Below, piece after piece: positions 40,104 through 49,869 of a DNA stretch of 64,000 nt. The translations under genes and the position numbers were made by a program. The notes beneath the pieces were generated by a model. It was given only the letters and a program-made list of their open reading frames with translations, searched no databases and was not told the origin of the DNA. Origin of the DNA: a plasmid; sequence record NZ_LC532224.1, one strand, 5' to 3'. Numbering within the stretch: position 1 is the stretch's first letter; every line of letters starts with the position of its first letter.

Positions 40104-40742
40104 TTGAGACGCTTACCCGTATATCTGCTACTCGACACGTCCGGCTCTATGCACGGAGAGCCTATCGAAGCGGTTAAAAATGGCGTTCAGACGCTGCTTA
40201 CCACGCTGAAACAGGATCCGTATGCACTCGAAACGGCTCACGTGTCAGTGATCACCTTTGATTCTTCAGCCCGACAGGCAGTCCCCCTGACAGACCTCCT
40301 GAGTTTCCAGATGCCAGCACTAACAGCCAGCGGCACCACGTCTCTTGGCGAAGCGCTTTCCCTCACGGCCAGCTCCATTGCCAAAGAAGTACAGAAAACG
40401 ACGGCTGACACTAAAGGTGACTGGCGTCCCCTTGTATTCCTGATGACGGATGGAAGTCCGAATGATGACTGGCGTAAAGGCCTGAATGACTTTAAAGCGG
40501 CCAGAACCGGCGTTGTTGTGGCATGTGCAGCCGGGCATGATGCCGATACCAGCGTCCTCAAAGAAATCACTGAAATCGTGGTTCAGCTCGATACAGCTGA
40601 CAGTTCGACGATTAAAGCTTTCTTTAAATGGGTCAGTGCGAGCATTTCGGTAGGCAGTCAGAAAGTGGAGTCCAGCAAAAAAGAAGTGATCGGTCTTGAA
40701 GACCTGCCACCGCCGCCGCCAGAAGTAAATGTGGTCTTATAA
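40104..40742 (+). CDS. terY: TerY-like vWA-domain protein 1 (TTG start with GAAGGA Shine-Dalgarno; listed ORF from 40023)
   Basis: LRRLPVYLLLDTSGSM...TDG is the MIDAS motif. The C-terminus ends PPPPPEVNVVL. Confidence 0.75.
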   Translation: MRRLPVYLLLDTSGSMHGEPIEAVKNGVQTLLTTLKQDPYALETAHVSVITFDSSARQAVPLTDLLSFQMPALTASGTTSLGEALSLTASSIAKEVQKTTADTKGDWRPLVFLMTDGSPNDDWRKGLNDFKAARTGVVVACAAGHDADTSVLKEITEIVVQLDTADSSTIKAFFKWVSASISVGSQKVESSKKEVIGLEDLPPPPPEVNVVL

Positions 40743-40764
40743 TTTTATTGATTAAGGGGATATC

Positions 40765-41406
40765 ATGTCTGTCAGTCTGAGCAAAGGCCAGGGCGTAAGC
40801 CTGAAAAAAAATGAATACGATCTCTCGTCCGTTACTATCGGCCTCGGTTGGGATATTAATGAGGAAAAGAAAGGTTTTCTCGGCGGGATCTTTGGTAAAA
40901 AAGAAGAAGAATACGACCTTGATGTGATCGCTTTCCTGTGTAATTCAGCCGGAAAGGTGACCGATCTCGGCAATGTGGAAAATGGTAAACCAACGCTTGT
41001 GAATGGCGATATCATCTTTTTCAACAGCCTTCGCCATAAGTCAGGCAATATCTGGCTGACGGGCGATAACCGAACCGGAGCCGGTGACGGTGACGATGAG
41101 CAAATTATTGTGCGCCTGAATTCCCTTGACGCTCAGTACGAGAAAATTGTGTTCATCGTTCAGATCTACAATGGTGAAAAGCTCCAGCAGCACTTTGGTA
41201 AAGTTCAGAATGCCTTCATCCGGGCAGTAGATGCCCGTAATATTGAAATGGCACGATTCGATCTTTCTGGCGGACCCGCCTTCGCCAGCCAGCGCTCCAT
41301 GGTCTTTGCCGAGCTGATACGCGAGGCTACAGGCTGGAAACTCAGGGCAATTGGTGAGCCTTCAGAATCAGATTCGTTTGTCTCGCACCTGAGGAATTAC
41401 ATGTGA
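40765..41406 (+). CDS. terX: TerX (TerD family)
   Basis: [15 protein letters not shown]...GDNRTGAGDGDDE. Confidence 0.8.
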   Translation: MSVSLSKGQGVSLKKNEYDLSSVTIGLGWDINEEKKGFLGGIFGKKEEEYDLDVIAFLCNSAGKVTDLGNVENGKPTLVNGDIIFFNSLRHKSGNIWLTGDNRTGAGDGDDEQIIVRLNSLDAQYEKIVFIVQIYNGEKLQQHFGKVQNAFIRAVDARNIEMARFDLSGGPAFASQRSMVFAELIREATGWKLRAIGEPSESDSFVSHLRNYM

Positions 41407-42044
41407 TGCGCCGCCTGCCTGTTTACCTTGTTATCGACACATCCGGCTCGATGCGCGGTGAGTCAATCCATTCCGTTAACGTTGGAATTCAGGCGATGCT
41501 TAGCGCTCTTCGCCAGGATCCCTACGCCCTCGAAAGCGTTCATATCTCCATTATCACCTATGACAATGAGGCGCGTGAGTTCATTCCTCTCACGCCGCTG
41601 GAAGACTTCCAGTTTTCTGACATCGTTGTGCCAAGCGCAGGCGGGACGTTCACCGGTGCTGCCCTTGAATGTCTGATGCAGTGTGTTGAACGGGATGTAC
41701 GTCGCTCAGATGGTGATACCAAAGGAGACTGGCGTCCTCTGGTATTCCTGATGACTGATGGAACCCCTTCTGATGCCCTGGCGTACGGTGAAGCGGTAAA
41801 AGCGATTCGCGGCCGGGGATTCGGATCCATCATTGCCTGCGCCGTTGGTCCTAAAGCAGGCCATGAGCACTTAAAACAGCTCACCGATAAGGTTGTGTCT
41901 CTGGAGACGCTAGATTCAACCGCGTTTGCAGGTTTCTTTAAATGGGTATCGGCCAGCGTGTCTTCCGGCAGCACAAGCGCGGGGATTAATAACGGAACTG
42001 ATACCCTTCCCCCTCCTCCACCAGAAATCCAGCTGGTGCTCTGA
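41403..42044 (+). CDS. terY: TerY-like vWA-domain protein 2
   Basis: MRRLPVYLVIDTSGSM is present. It overlaps the terX stop. Confidence 0.75.
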   Translation: MMRRLPVYLVIDTSGSMRGESIHSVNVGIQAMLSALRQDPYALESVHISIITYDNEAREFIPLTPLEDFQFSDIVVPSAGGTFTGAALECLMQCVERDVRRSDGDTKGDWRPLVFLMTDGTPSDALAYGEAVKAIRGRGFGSIIACAVGPKAGHEHLKQLTDKVVSLETLDSTAFAGFFKWVSASVSSGSTSAGINNGTDTLPPPPPEIQLVL

Positions 42045-42128
42045 CAGACAGAAAGGTGCTGTTTCCGGGCAGCACCTTTCTGTACAGCAACGTTTTCTGC
42101 TGGCCGTACCAGCCGTACGAGGAAAATT

Positions 42129-43169
42129 ATGAGACGCCTTCCCGTGTTTTTTGTCCTGGACTGTTCAGAGTCCATGATTGGTGAAAACCTGAAAAAAATG
42201 ACTGATGGTCTGCAAATGATCGTCGGAGATTTAAGAAAGGATCCACACGCACTTGAAACAGCCTGGGTCTCGGTAATCGCATTTGCCGGTGTAGCCCGTA
42301 CGATTGTACCTCTTCACGAAATTGCCTCGTTCTACCCTCCCCGCCTTCCCGTTGGCGGCGGTACGAGCCTTGGAGCTGCATTGCGTGAGCTGACCGTGCA
42401 AATTGATACCCAGGTCAGAAAAACCACTCATGAGGCTAAAGGCGACTGGAAACCCGTCGTGTATCTCCTTACCGACGGACGTCCGACTGACGACACAACC
42501 GCAGAAGTGAAGCGCTGGAAGGATCACTACGCGAGTAAAGTGAATCTCATTGCCGTTGGCCTGGGGCCGTCAGCGGACCTGAATATCCTGCGGCAACTGA
42601 CAGAGAATGTCATGCTGTTCACCGAATCTCAGGAAGGGGACTTTACCCGCTTCATCAAATGGATCACGGCCTCGGTTACGGCGCACAGCCGCAGCGTCGG
42701 GGACGACAAACAACCTGAGCTCAGCCAGACTGAATACATAGTCCGGCTGGCCAAGGACGAGCCAGTAAAAGCGTACGACGAAAACTGCGTTACGCTTACC
42801 GGCCGTTGCAGCAAGACCCGTCGTCCGTACCTGATGAAGTATGAACGGCCACCAGCAAGGGTTTCCGGGCTCGATTTCAGTCTGAACCTGAACAGCTTTA
42901 ATATTGCCGGATGCTATCCCATCGATGAGGACTATTTTGCGTGGTCAGATGCCACCGCTACCGGTTTGCAGGTAAATACCAGCGAACTGCATGGCGTACC
43001 GGGTTGCCCCCACTGCGGTAATGCCAGTGCGTTTGCCCTGTGCTCATGCGGAAAGTTGCTGTGTATTGACGGCCCGGATGACGTGATCTGCCCGTGGTGT
43101 GAAACAGGCCTGTCATTCAGCAATGATGGCGGAAACACTAACTTCGACGTAAACAGAGGGAGAGGTTGA
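42129..43169 (+). CDS. terY: TerY-like vWA-domain protein 3 with C-terminal Cys-rich zinc-ribbon
   Basis: MRRLPVFFVLDCSESM is at the N-terminus. The C-terminal region CPHCGN...CSCGKLLC...CPWCE supplies the zinc-ribbon. Confidence 0.75.
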   Translation: MRRLPVFFVLDCSESMIGENLKKMTDGLQMIVGDLRKDPHALETAWVSVIAFAGVARTIVPLHEIASFYPPRLPVGGGTSLGAALRELTVQIDTQVRKTTHEAKGDWKPVVYLLTDGRPTDDTTAEVKRWKDHYASKVNLIAVGLGPSADLNILRQLTENVMLFTESQEGDFTRFIKWITASVTAHSRSVGDDKQPELSQTEYIVRLAKDEPVKAYDENCVTLTGRCSKTRRPYLMKYERPPARVSGLDFSLNLNSFNIAGCYPIDEDYFAWSDATATGLQVNTSELHGVPGCPHCGNASAFALCSCGKLLCIDGPDDVICPWCETGLSFSNDGGNTNFDVNRGRG

Positions 43170-44806
43170 TGTCGCAAAATGCTTTACTTGAAGAGAAGAT
43201 TATCCGCTTAGTTCTGTCTGAGCTGGGCCACCCTGTTGAAGGTGAGCGGCTTTTACTTCTATCGCAGGACCCATCCCTTACCGAAGAAATTATGCGGCTT
43301 AAAGAGCGGATTGAGAGCCTTGCACAGGGTTTATCTGCGCGGGTTAGCGAAGGTGATAACGACGCAGAGATTGCCGCCTCGTCAGCATCCAGTCTTTCCG
43401 ATCAGCAACAAACGGTCGTAAGTGTTGCTGATAACCCGGGCATTGACGCTACCGATACATCAGCACTGCAACCCCTGCCAGAAAATGAGCCTCATCCTCC
43501 GTTCTGGAAGCTGATGCCTTATTACGAATTTGATAAACCAGCACAGAGGGAAGACGAAAACCTGTCTTCCCTGGTATTAAAACCCGGGCAGATACCGACA
43601 GGCCAGCAGCGGGCCAGCTTAGCTGTGCCACCTGCCGTTCCCCCGAGAGCTAAAATAACGATCCCCAACGCCCGCGCAGGCGAACGTTTCTCTTCGCCGG
43701 TTGCTATCGTTCTGGGTGAGGGCCAGCAGGCTACTGTCAGGGACGTTGTCTTTCCCCGGAACATTGGCCTGTCTTTTGACAAAGAACAGGAGTTGCTGAC
43801 AGGTACTCCCACCGAAAGCGGCGATATAGAGCTTTCAGTAATCTGGTCATGCACGTCGCACGACGAATGTGAAACAAAACAGCTATTTATAATCAATCCC
43901 GATCCGAGAAGCCTGTGGAAGGTGGTAGAGCCACCAGCAGACGCTCCCTACCCTAAGTCCCATCTGGACGCTGCTGGCCTGGTCAGGGGTGATATACGTA
44001 TTGCTGCCGCCAGTCGCCGGGGACGCTCTCATGAGCATGCCGGAAGCTTCAGAGATGACGACTTCTACATCAACCACTGCCAGGAAACAGGATGGTCTGT
44101 CATGCTGGTCGCAGACGGAGCCGGTAGTGCGGTAAATTCCCGGGAAGGCTCCCGGATTGCAGTCAAAACGGCTGGCGATTACCTTTTAAATCAGCTCAGT
44201 GGTGTGAAAGGCGTCCATTTAAAGCAGCACATCACGGCGTGGGAAGGGAGCGATCAGCAGGCAACAATAAACGCCATGCTTCATCATTTTAAACAGGCAG
44301 CTACGCTCGCGGTCAACAGTATCCAGAACGAAGCCATTTGTGCAGAACAACCTGTGAAATCCTATTCAACAACCCTTCTGGCAACTGTAGCGCTACGAAC
44401 TGATAACGAGCTGTTTGCGACTGCATTCTGGCTTGGTGATGGTGCGATAGGTGCATACAGCCCTTCCGGTAAAGTCAGGATACTGGGAAATCCCGATAGC
44501 GGAGAATACGCAGGACAAACCCGTTTCCTTGACCAGAGCATTATCGCAGACCCCTCGTTTAGCGGCCGCATCAGCGTGGGTAAATGGAATGATGTATCTC
44601 ACTTGATCCTCATGACAGACGGCGTCTCAGACCCTCTGTTTGAGACGGATAATGGGCTTCGCAGTGACGAAAAATGGACCCGTCTCGTTGATGAGCTCAA
44701 CCCTGTCCTTACAGACGCCAGTATTGCGCCTGAGAGGTTAGGCGACTGGCTTAACTTTTTCTCCACAGGGAACCATGATGACCGCACTATTGCGGTGTTG
44801 TGGTAA
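43166..44806 (+). CDS. PP2C-family Ser/Thr protein phosphatase (ter-associated)
   Basis: The C-terminal blocks ...VADGAGS..., ...LILMTDGVSD... fit the PP2C metal-binding motifs. It overlaps the terY3 stop. Confidence 0.7.
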   Translation: MMSQNALLEEKIIRLVLSELGHPVEGERLLLLSQDPSLTEEIMRLKERIESLAQGLSARVSEGDNDAEIAASSASSLSDQQQTVVSVADNPGIDATDTSALQPLPENEPHPPFWKLMPYYEFDKPAQREDENLSSLVLKPGQIPTGQQRASLAVPPAVPPRAKITIPNARAGERFSSPVAIVLGEGQQATVRDVVFPRNIGLSFDKEQELLTGTPTESGDIELSVIWSCTSHDECETKQLFIINPDPRSLWKVVEPPADAPYPKSHLDAAGLVRGDIRIAAASRRGRSHEHAGSFRDDDFYINHCQETGWSVMLVADGAGSAVNSREGSRIAVKTAGDYLLNQLSGVKGVHLKQHITAWEGSDQQATINAMLHHFKQAATLAVNSIQNEAICAEQPVKSYSTTLLATVALRTDNELFATAFWLGDGAIGAYSPSGKVRILGNPDSGEYAGQTRFLDQSIIADPSFSGRISVGKWNDVSHLILMTDGVSDPLFETDNGLRSDEKWTRLVDELNPVLTDASIAPERLGDWLNFFSTGNHDDRTIAVLW

Positions 44807-44831
44807 GGGATACGCTTTTTCGGTGATCAAT

Positions 44832-46331
44832 ATGGCAAATATCGTTACGTGCAAAACAAAGGACGGCGAAACAGTCCAGTATGTTGACGAGGTAATTGGT
44901 TCGGGCTCGATGAAGGATGTTTACTTTTCGCCTGATAAATCATACGTCGTCGCTTTTTATCATAAACCGCAGAACGAGCAGGCCCGGGATCGGATTGATA
45001 TGATCACCGGACGCTACAGGCAAAACATTTTTGGCCAGTCCGGAGGTGAATACTGGAAGGACCTGTTTTGCTGGCCGACCCATGTTGTTGAGCATGGGCA
45101 TAAAATCGGCATCGTGGTTCCAACCTACAAAAGCTACTTTTTCTTTAAATACGGCTCTAAAAACGATGATTTTCTTGGCATAAAAGGTCGTGAAAAGGAA
45201 GGCAAATGGTTTGCCAGCGCCAGCAACCAGAACAAATTTCTCGACCCACGTGAACGAGGCAATACGCTTACCTATCTCAAGGTCTGTCTGCTGCTGACAA
45301 GAGCCGTCAGAAGGATGCATGCGGCAGGTCTCTGTCACAGCGATCTAAGCTATAAAAACGTGCTTATCGATCCAGAAATGGGACATGCCTGCATCATTGA
45401 CGTAGACGGCCTGGTTGTCCCTGGAAAGTATCCTCCCGACGTGGTGGGCACCCCGGATTTTATCGCTCCGGAAGTGGTGAAAACCAGTCATCTTTCCAAA
45501 GAGGATCCGAACCGCGTATTGCCAAGCATTACTACTGACCGTCATGCGCTGTCGGTGCTTATCTACATGTATCTGTTCTTCCGTCATCCGCTACGTGGCG
45601 GAAAAATACATGACATGTCGGATGAAGTACGTGATGAGACCTTATCTATGGGTGAGAAGGCACTCTTCATTGAACATCCGACAGACAAAAGCAATGCAGT
45701 CAAAGTCAGTCAGCTATCGTCCTTTTCACTGCCCTGGGCTGACCCGGAGAAAATTCCTTACACCATCATGGGCCCTTATCTGACACCTTTGTTTGAGCGC
45801 GCCTTTATAGATGGCTTACACGATGCCACTAAACGCCCGACCGCCGATGAGTGGGAAAGCGCCCTGGTTAAAACAGTCGATCTGATACAGCCCTGCCAGA
45901 ACAAGGCGTGTGAACAGAAATGGTACGTTTTCTCGGGTAAGACAAAGCCGGTTTGTCCCTACTGCGGTACGCCATACAAGGGTAAATTACCGGTTCTAAA
46001 TTTATATTCTTCCCGAAAGGAAGGCAGTTATCGTCCTGACGACCACCGGTTGATGGTGTGGAGCGGGCAGTCAATCTATGCGTGGCATGTGAATCGCCTC
46101 ATTGCGCCAAATGAGCGTACAACCGATTTGCAAAGGAAACGAGTTGGGTATTTTGTTTTCCATAACGATCAGTGGTGGTTAGTAAATGAAGGCATAAATG
46201 GGCTTATGTCATTACCGGATAAACGACAGATTGCCATTGGGGAAAAAATTGAACTGACGAATAACGCTCAGTTTGTTCTGTCAAAGGAGGAAGGCGGCAG
46301 GCTGGTCGTCGTTCAGTTAGTAGAAAACTAA
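44832..46331 (+). CDS. Ser/Thr protein kinase with C-terminal zinc-ribbon (start MANIVTCK)
   Basis: LCHSDLSYKNVLID is an HxD catalytic-loop-like motif and IIDVDG is DFG-like. CPYCGT forms the zinc-ribbon. Confidence 0.7.
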   Translation: MANIVTCKTKDGETVQYVDEVIGSGSMKDVYFSPDKSYVVAFYHKPQNEQARDRIDMITGRYRQNIFGQSGGEYWKDLFCWPTHVVEHGHKIGIVVPTYKSYFFFKYGSKNDDFLGIKGREKEGKWFASASNQNKFLDPRERGNTLTYLKVCLLLTRAVRRMHAAGLCHSDLSYKNVLIDPEMGHACIIDVDGLVVPGKYPPDVVGTPDFIAPEVVKTSHLSKEDPNRVLPSITTDRHALSVLIYMYLFFRHPLRGGKIHDMSDEVRDETLSMGEKALFIEHPTDKSNAVKVSQLSSFSLPWADPEKIPYTIMGPYLTPLFERAFIDGLHDATKRPTADEWESALVKTVDLIQPCQNKACEQKWYVFSGKTKPVCPYCGTPYKGKLPVLNLYSSRKEGSYRPDDHRLMVWSGQSIYAWHVNRLIAPNERTTDLQRKRVGYFVFHNDQWWLVNEGINGLMSLPDKRQIAIGEKIELTNNAQFVLSKEEGGRLVVVQLVEN

Positions 46332-46496
46332 CGGACGCCCATAACGACTAAAACGTTCTGGCAGCATACTGAACCTGTTTAATGAATCACTATATTAAGC
46401 TGTGTCAAATTTAAGCTGCCAGAAAAACTGACTGTCTGTGCCGGATATGCGGTACACCTCCTGCGGCAAGGGTTTAATGCGCAAAGCCCAATTTAT

Positions 46497-47579
46497 TTAT
46501 AAGAGTGAATAGTTTTGTGGCTCTACCCTGCCGCTCTCCTTTCCTGTGTCATGGTTTTTAACATCTGAAATACTGACATTGTTAAGCCGGTGATTGTATA
46601 AGGCGATGCGGACAATCTCATGAAGATATTCAAGTTCGTTTTGTGTCAAGGACTGGCCTTCCTGGGTTTTTGAAATCATTTCCTGCCAGCAGATCAGTCT
46701 TTCGTAACTGACATGTTCGCTGTTTTCCAGGCAGTGCAACCTGAAATAGCGAAGGAACAAAGGAAATTCATCGGTCTGAGCGATGTCATAAGCCCGAACC
46801 GTTAACCGACACAGACATACAATCGTATCCTGCTGTAACCTGACTAACGCGTTATGACTGCCCGGAAGGATATCAGGCAATTTCATCTTACAGTCAGCAA
46901 GGCGCTGAAGAAGAGGCCCTTCCTCTGAAGGCTCCCGTCCCCGATACTCCTGAAGAGGTTCAGATTCAAGTTCATGCATTAATGGATGATATAGCCATTC
47001 CCGGGAACTGGTCTCATCAATGATCAGGCTTTCAATGCACTCACTGTATGTTGTTTTACGTCGCCCGAGCTGCACCTGACTGATTTCATATTCAATATCT
47101 GGAAGATCGATACGCAATGCGGCAACTCTTTCGGAAGGATGAAGGTGGTCAAAGGTTAACTTCGCAGAAATGCTACGATCCCTGTCCAGAAAGACGGCCA
47201 CACATAAATCATTAACCTTTACGAACAGATCAGCTGTGCCTCCGAACATACTGCCGCTTCCAATAACCTCATTCAGTGAAACCGGCCCACCATCGTCGCC
47301 AGCGAGAAGATTTGGGAAACCAAGAACCTGGTGCTCGTTGATGACTTCAATAATTTTTCCCCGGATGGCTTCCATCAGACCATCACAGTCACCGGCTACA
47401 GCAGTACTGTGTGAGAAATGCCAAAGCTTGACCTCCCCCTGCTTTGCTAACAGATCAGTTTTGCAAGCGGGGCAGATGCAGTTACAGTCGATACCCCGGC
47501 TGACCTCTGTAATATCTAAAAAGAGTCCTGATTCTCTCTGGAGTCCAAATGGAATACCAAATGTGTAACTCTTACGCAT
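46497..47579 (-). CDS. CoiA-like nuclease family protein, second copy (start MRKSYTFG)
   Basis: DCNCICPACKTDLLAKQGEVKLWHFSHS is the same C-x2-C...HFxH N-terminal element as the 11824-12810 gene. Confidence 0.6.
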   Translation of the reverse strand: MRKSYTFGIPFGLQRESGLFLDITEVSRGIDCNCICPACKTDLLAKQGEVKLWHFSHSTAVAGDCDGLMEAIRGKIIEVINEHQVLGFPNLLAGDDGGPVSLNEVIGSGSMFGGTADLFVKVNDLCVAVFLDRDRSISAKLTFDHLHPSERVAALRIDLPDIEYEISQVQLGRRKTTYSECIESLIIDETSSREWLYHPLMHELESEPLQEYRGREPSEEGPLLQRLADCKMKLPDILPGSHNALVRLQQDTIVCLCRLTVRAYDIAQTDEFPLFLRYFRLHCLENSEHVSYERLICWQEMISKTQEGQSLTQNELEYLHEIVRIALYNHRLNNVSISDVKNHDTGKESGRVEPQNYSLL

Positions 47580-47939
47580 GGCTGCACCCCGTTTTTGATA
47601 ATTATTCAAACTATATCCGAAATAACGGAGGAGGATTTCTGTAAAACGAATTAAAAGAAATGATTTTTTAGTTTTCCAGATTAATGTTTGACAAGAATCA
47701 AATGAGAGCCTTACAAATATGGAGAGAGAAGTTTAGGTAAAGTAACTTTTATCACAACTTCTAAAATTAAGGAGAATATCGGATGTATTTAGCAGTGGGC
47801 TTGGCTTATGATTAAAGTCTTTCTCCGAACTTAATAAGAAAGTTAAAAAGACAGGCTATTACAGTGCCTTTAGCCCCGAAAGGGGCATAAACTATTTTCA
47901 AATCCAGACACAGTCTTTTTGTTGTGCCAATATCAATAA

Positions 47940-48158
47940 TTACTCGCGAACAAAGGTCCACACACTCGCAGGAACTTTGTCATATAACTTTTTCATTGTC
48001 AGTTCAGCTTTACGATGATCATAAGCACCAGAAATTTCAAGAGAGGCGACACCCGAGTTTTTTTCACATAACCTTTCAAATACTTTTTCGAGCGTTTCGA
48101 ACGAACTACACTTACGGAATTTCATTAAATAAGACTGCTTTGTGTCAGACATAATCAA
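47940..48158 (-). CDS. hha: Hha/YmoA-family H-NS co-regulator
   Basis: The 72-aa protein ...YLMKFRKCSSFETLEKVFE...DHRKAELTMKKLYDKVPASVWTFVR is collinear with E. coli Hha. Confidence 0.85.
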   Translation of the reverse strand: MIMSDTKQSYLMKFRKCSSFETLEKVFERLCEKNSGVASLEISGAYDHRKAELTMKKLYDKVPASVWTFVRE

Positions 48159-48312
48159 CCTTCTTTAGACAGGCCTCAACTGGCCAGGGATAATCTTAAT
48201 ATCATTTTTCACTTAAGCCTAACGATTTCACAACCTTTTTCGTTGTTTCCACCCTGTTCATAACCAGGTACATGAGTGCTAAAATGACTGTAAATAAAAC
48301 CAGTGTATCCCG

Positions 48313-49497
48313 GTGAGCAGGATGAAGAATCAATCAGTGATCAGACAGTTTTCGGAAAGCGAATTGCATCAGCAGCTGGAAACGTTCGGCAACCATGATA
48401 AACAGCTTTCACGCTTGATCCGTTACTTTTCCCATCTGAGATACAACACAGCTAAAACCTATCTGCACTGGCTACGAGTATGGAACGAATGGTATCAGGC
48501 GAATGCCCGGTTGCATACAGACTGGCCAGTAAGTTCGCTCCCCGTGTCTGAGGAAGCTCTGCTGGCGTTTATGGGGCATCTTGAAGGCAAATTGTCACGA
48601 AGCAGCATAAACAGCTGTCTTCAGGCCTTAAACAGTATCCATAAAAAAGGGCTTAACCTGCCCGGGATTATTACGTCTGAAGCATGGTACATGCTGGAAG
48701 CCTTAAAACAATCGGAAGCCCGGAAGCGAAAGACGACTAAACAGGCAACTCCCTTTCTTATTGGCGATCTCAAGGCTCTGATAAAGTTACGCAGTACTAC
48801 AAACTCAGTTCGTAAGCTTCGTGACCTGTGCCTGATCTGGACAGGCTTTGAAACACTGCTCCGTTCATCCGAAATTCGCCGTATACGTCTGAAAGATCTG
48901 TCTCTGGATAGTATGACCGGTGAATTTAACCTGACGGTATACCGTACAAAAACGAACATCAGTACACTTCTTACCTACCGGCTGACACGTCAGTTAACTA
49001 ACTGCCTCTTGAGATTGATGAACCTTGTGAAAATGGATCAGCACAGTCATCCGGATGAATACCTTTTCCAGGCCGTAAATTTCCATGATACAGGCTATAT
49101 GCCACCCGGCTGGAAGCTTCGGAGTAAAGGGAATGAGCTATCTGAGCTTCTTAAACGGCATAACCTGCCCTACCGTGCTAAACAAAGTCTTCTGAACGAT
49201 GAAGATGAGGAAGACACTGTGGACGATGCCGGTATGCTCAGCAAAAATTCCCTTTTACGGGCATTTAAAGAAATGTGGAATGAGCTTTATCCAAATGAGA
49301 CTAAAACCCGTTACTGGACAGGGCACAGCGTTCGTGTAGGCGGTGCGATACAGCTGGATATTGAAGGTTACTCGCTACCACAGATTATGGAAATGGGGAA
49401 CTGGTCGAATGAAGAAATGGTTATGCGCTACATTCGCAATATTGAAGCTGGTAAAAAAGCCATGATCAAGCTTATGCGAAATGCCTTTGATGAATAG
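48313..49497 (+). CDS. tyrosine site-specific recombinase (integrase/resolvase family)
   Basis: The C-terminal catalytic region ...GHSVRVGGA...MVMRYI carries the HxxR...Y signature. Confidence 0.8.
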   Translation: MSRMKNQSVIRQFSESELHQQLETFGNHDKQLSRLIRYFSHLRYNTAKTYLHWLRVWNEWYQANARLHTDWPVSSLPVSEEALLAFMGHLEGKLSRSSINSCLQALNSIHKKGLNLPGIITSEAWYMLEALKQSEARKRKTTKQATPFLIGDLKALIKLRSTTNSVRKLRDLCLIWTGFETLLRSSEIRRIRLKDLSLDSMTGEFNLTVYRTKTNISTLLTYRLTRQLTNCLLRLMNLVKMDQHSHPDEYLFQAVNFHDTGYMPPGWKLRSKGNELSELLKRHNLPYRAKQSLLNDEDEEDTVDDAGMLSKNSLLRAFKEMWNELYPNETKTRYWTGHSVRVGGAIQLDIEGYSLPQIMEMGNWSNEEMVMRYIRNIEAGKKAMIKLMRNAFDE

Positions 49498-49518
49498 CGC
49501 CCTCACGGGCGCATAACT

Positions 49519-49869
49519 TTATTTTTTCTTGAACGGGTTAAGTCTGGTGAGATTAGAGAGTGCCCCTCCCGGAGGCAAAATTCCCGTCCTTTTATATTTG
49601 TACACGCCATTTAATTTCATTGTCTGGATTCCAAGATTAATAAGCGTGACAAGTTTAAGGGTATACAGGAGTGTAAATTGGGGAGCAACCTGAATAAAAA
49701 CTAATAACAAGCCTGCACACATTACACGTAGCCATGCCGCGTACTCCATGCTCAGCGGACGCTTGAAATAGAATCTTTCGAGCAAATCAACTGTCTTATT
49801 ACTGATCCACGCCGCCGCCACTGAGAGTAACAACACGATGCACACCATAATGCCCAGTTCCATTTTCAC
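49519..49869 (-). CDS. small membrane protein
   Basis: Three hydrophobic helices. Confidence 0.4.
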   Translation of the reverse strand: MKMELGIMVCIVLLLSVAAAWISNKTVDLLERFYFKRPLSMEYAAWLRVMCAGLLLVFIQVAPQFTLLYTLKLVTLINLGIQTMKLNGVYKYKRTGILPPGGALSNLTRLNPFKKK

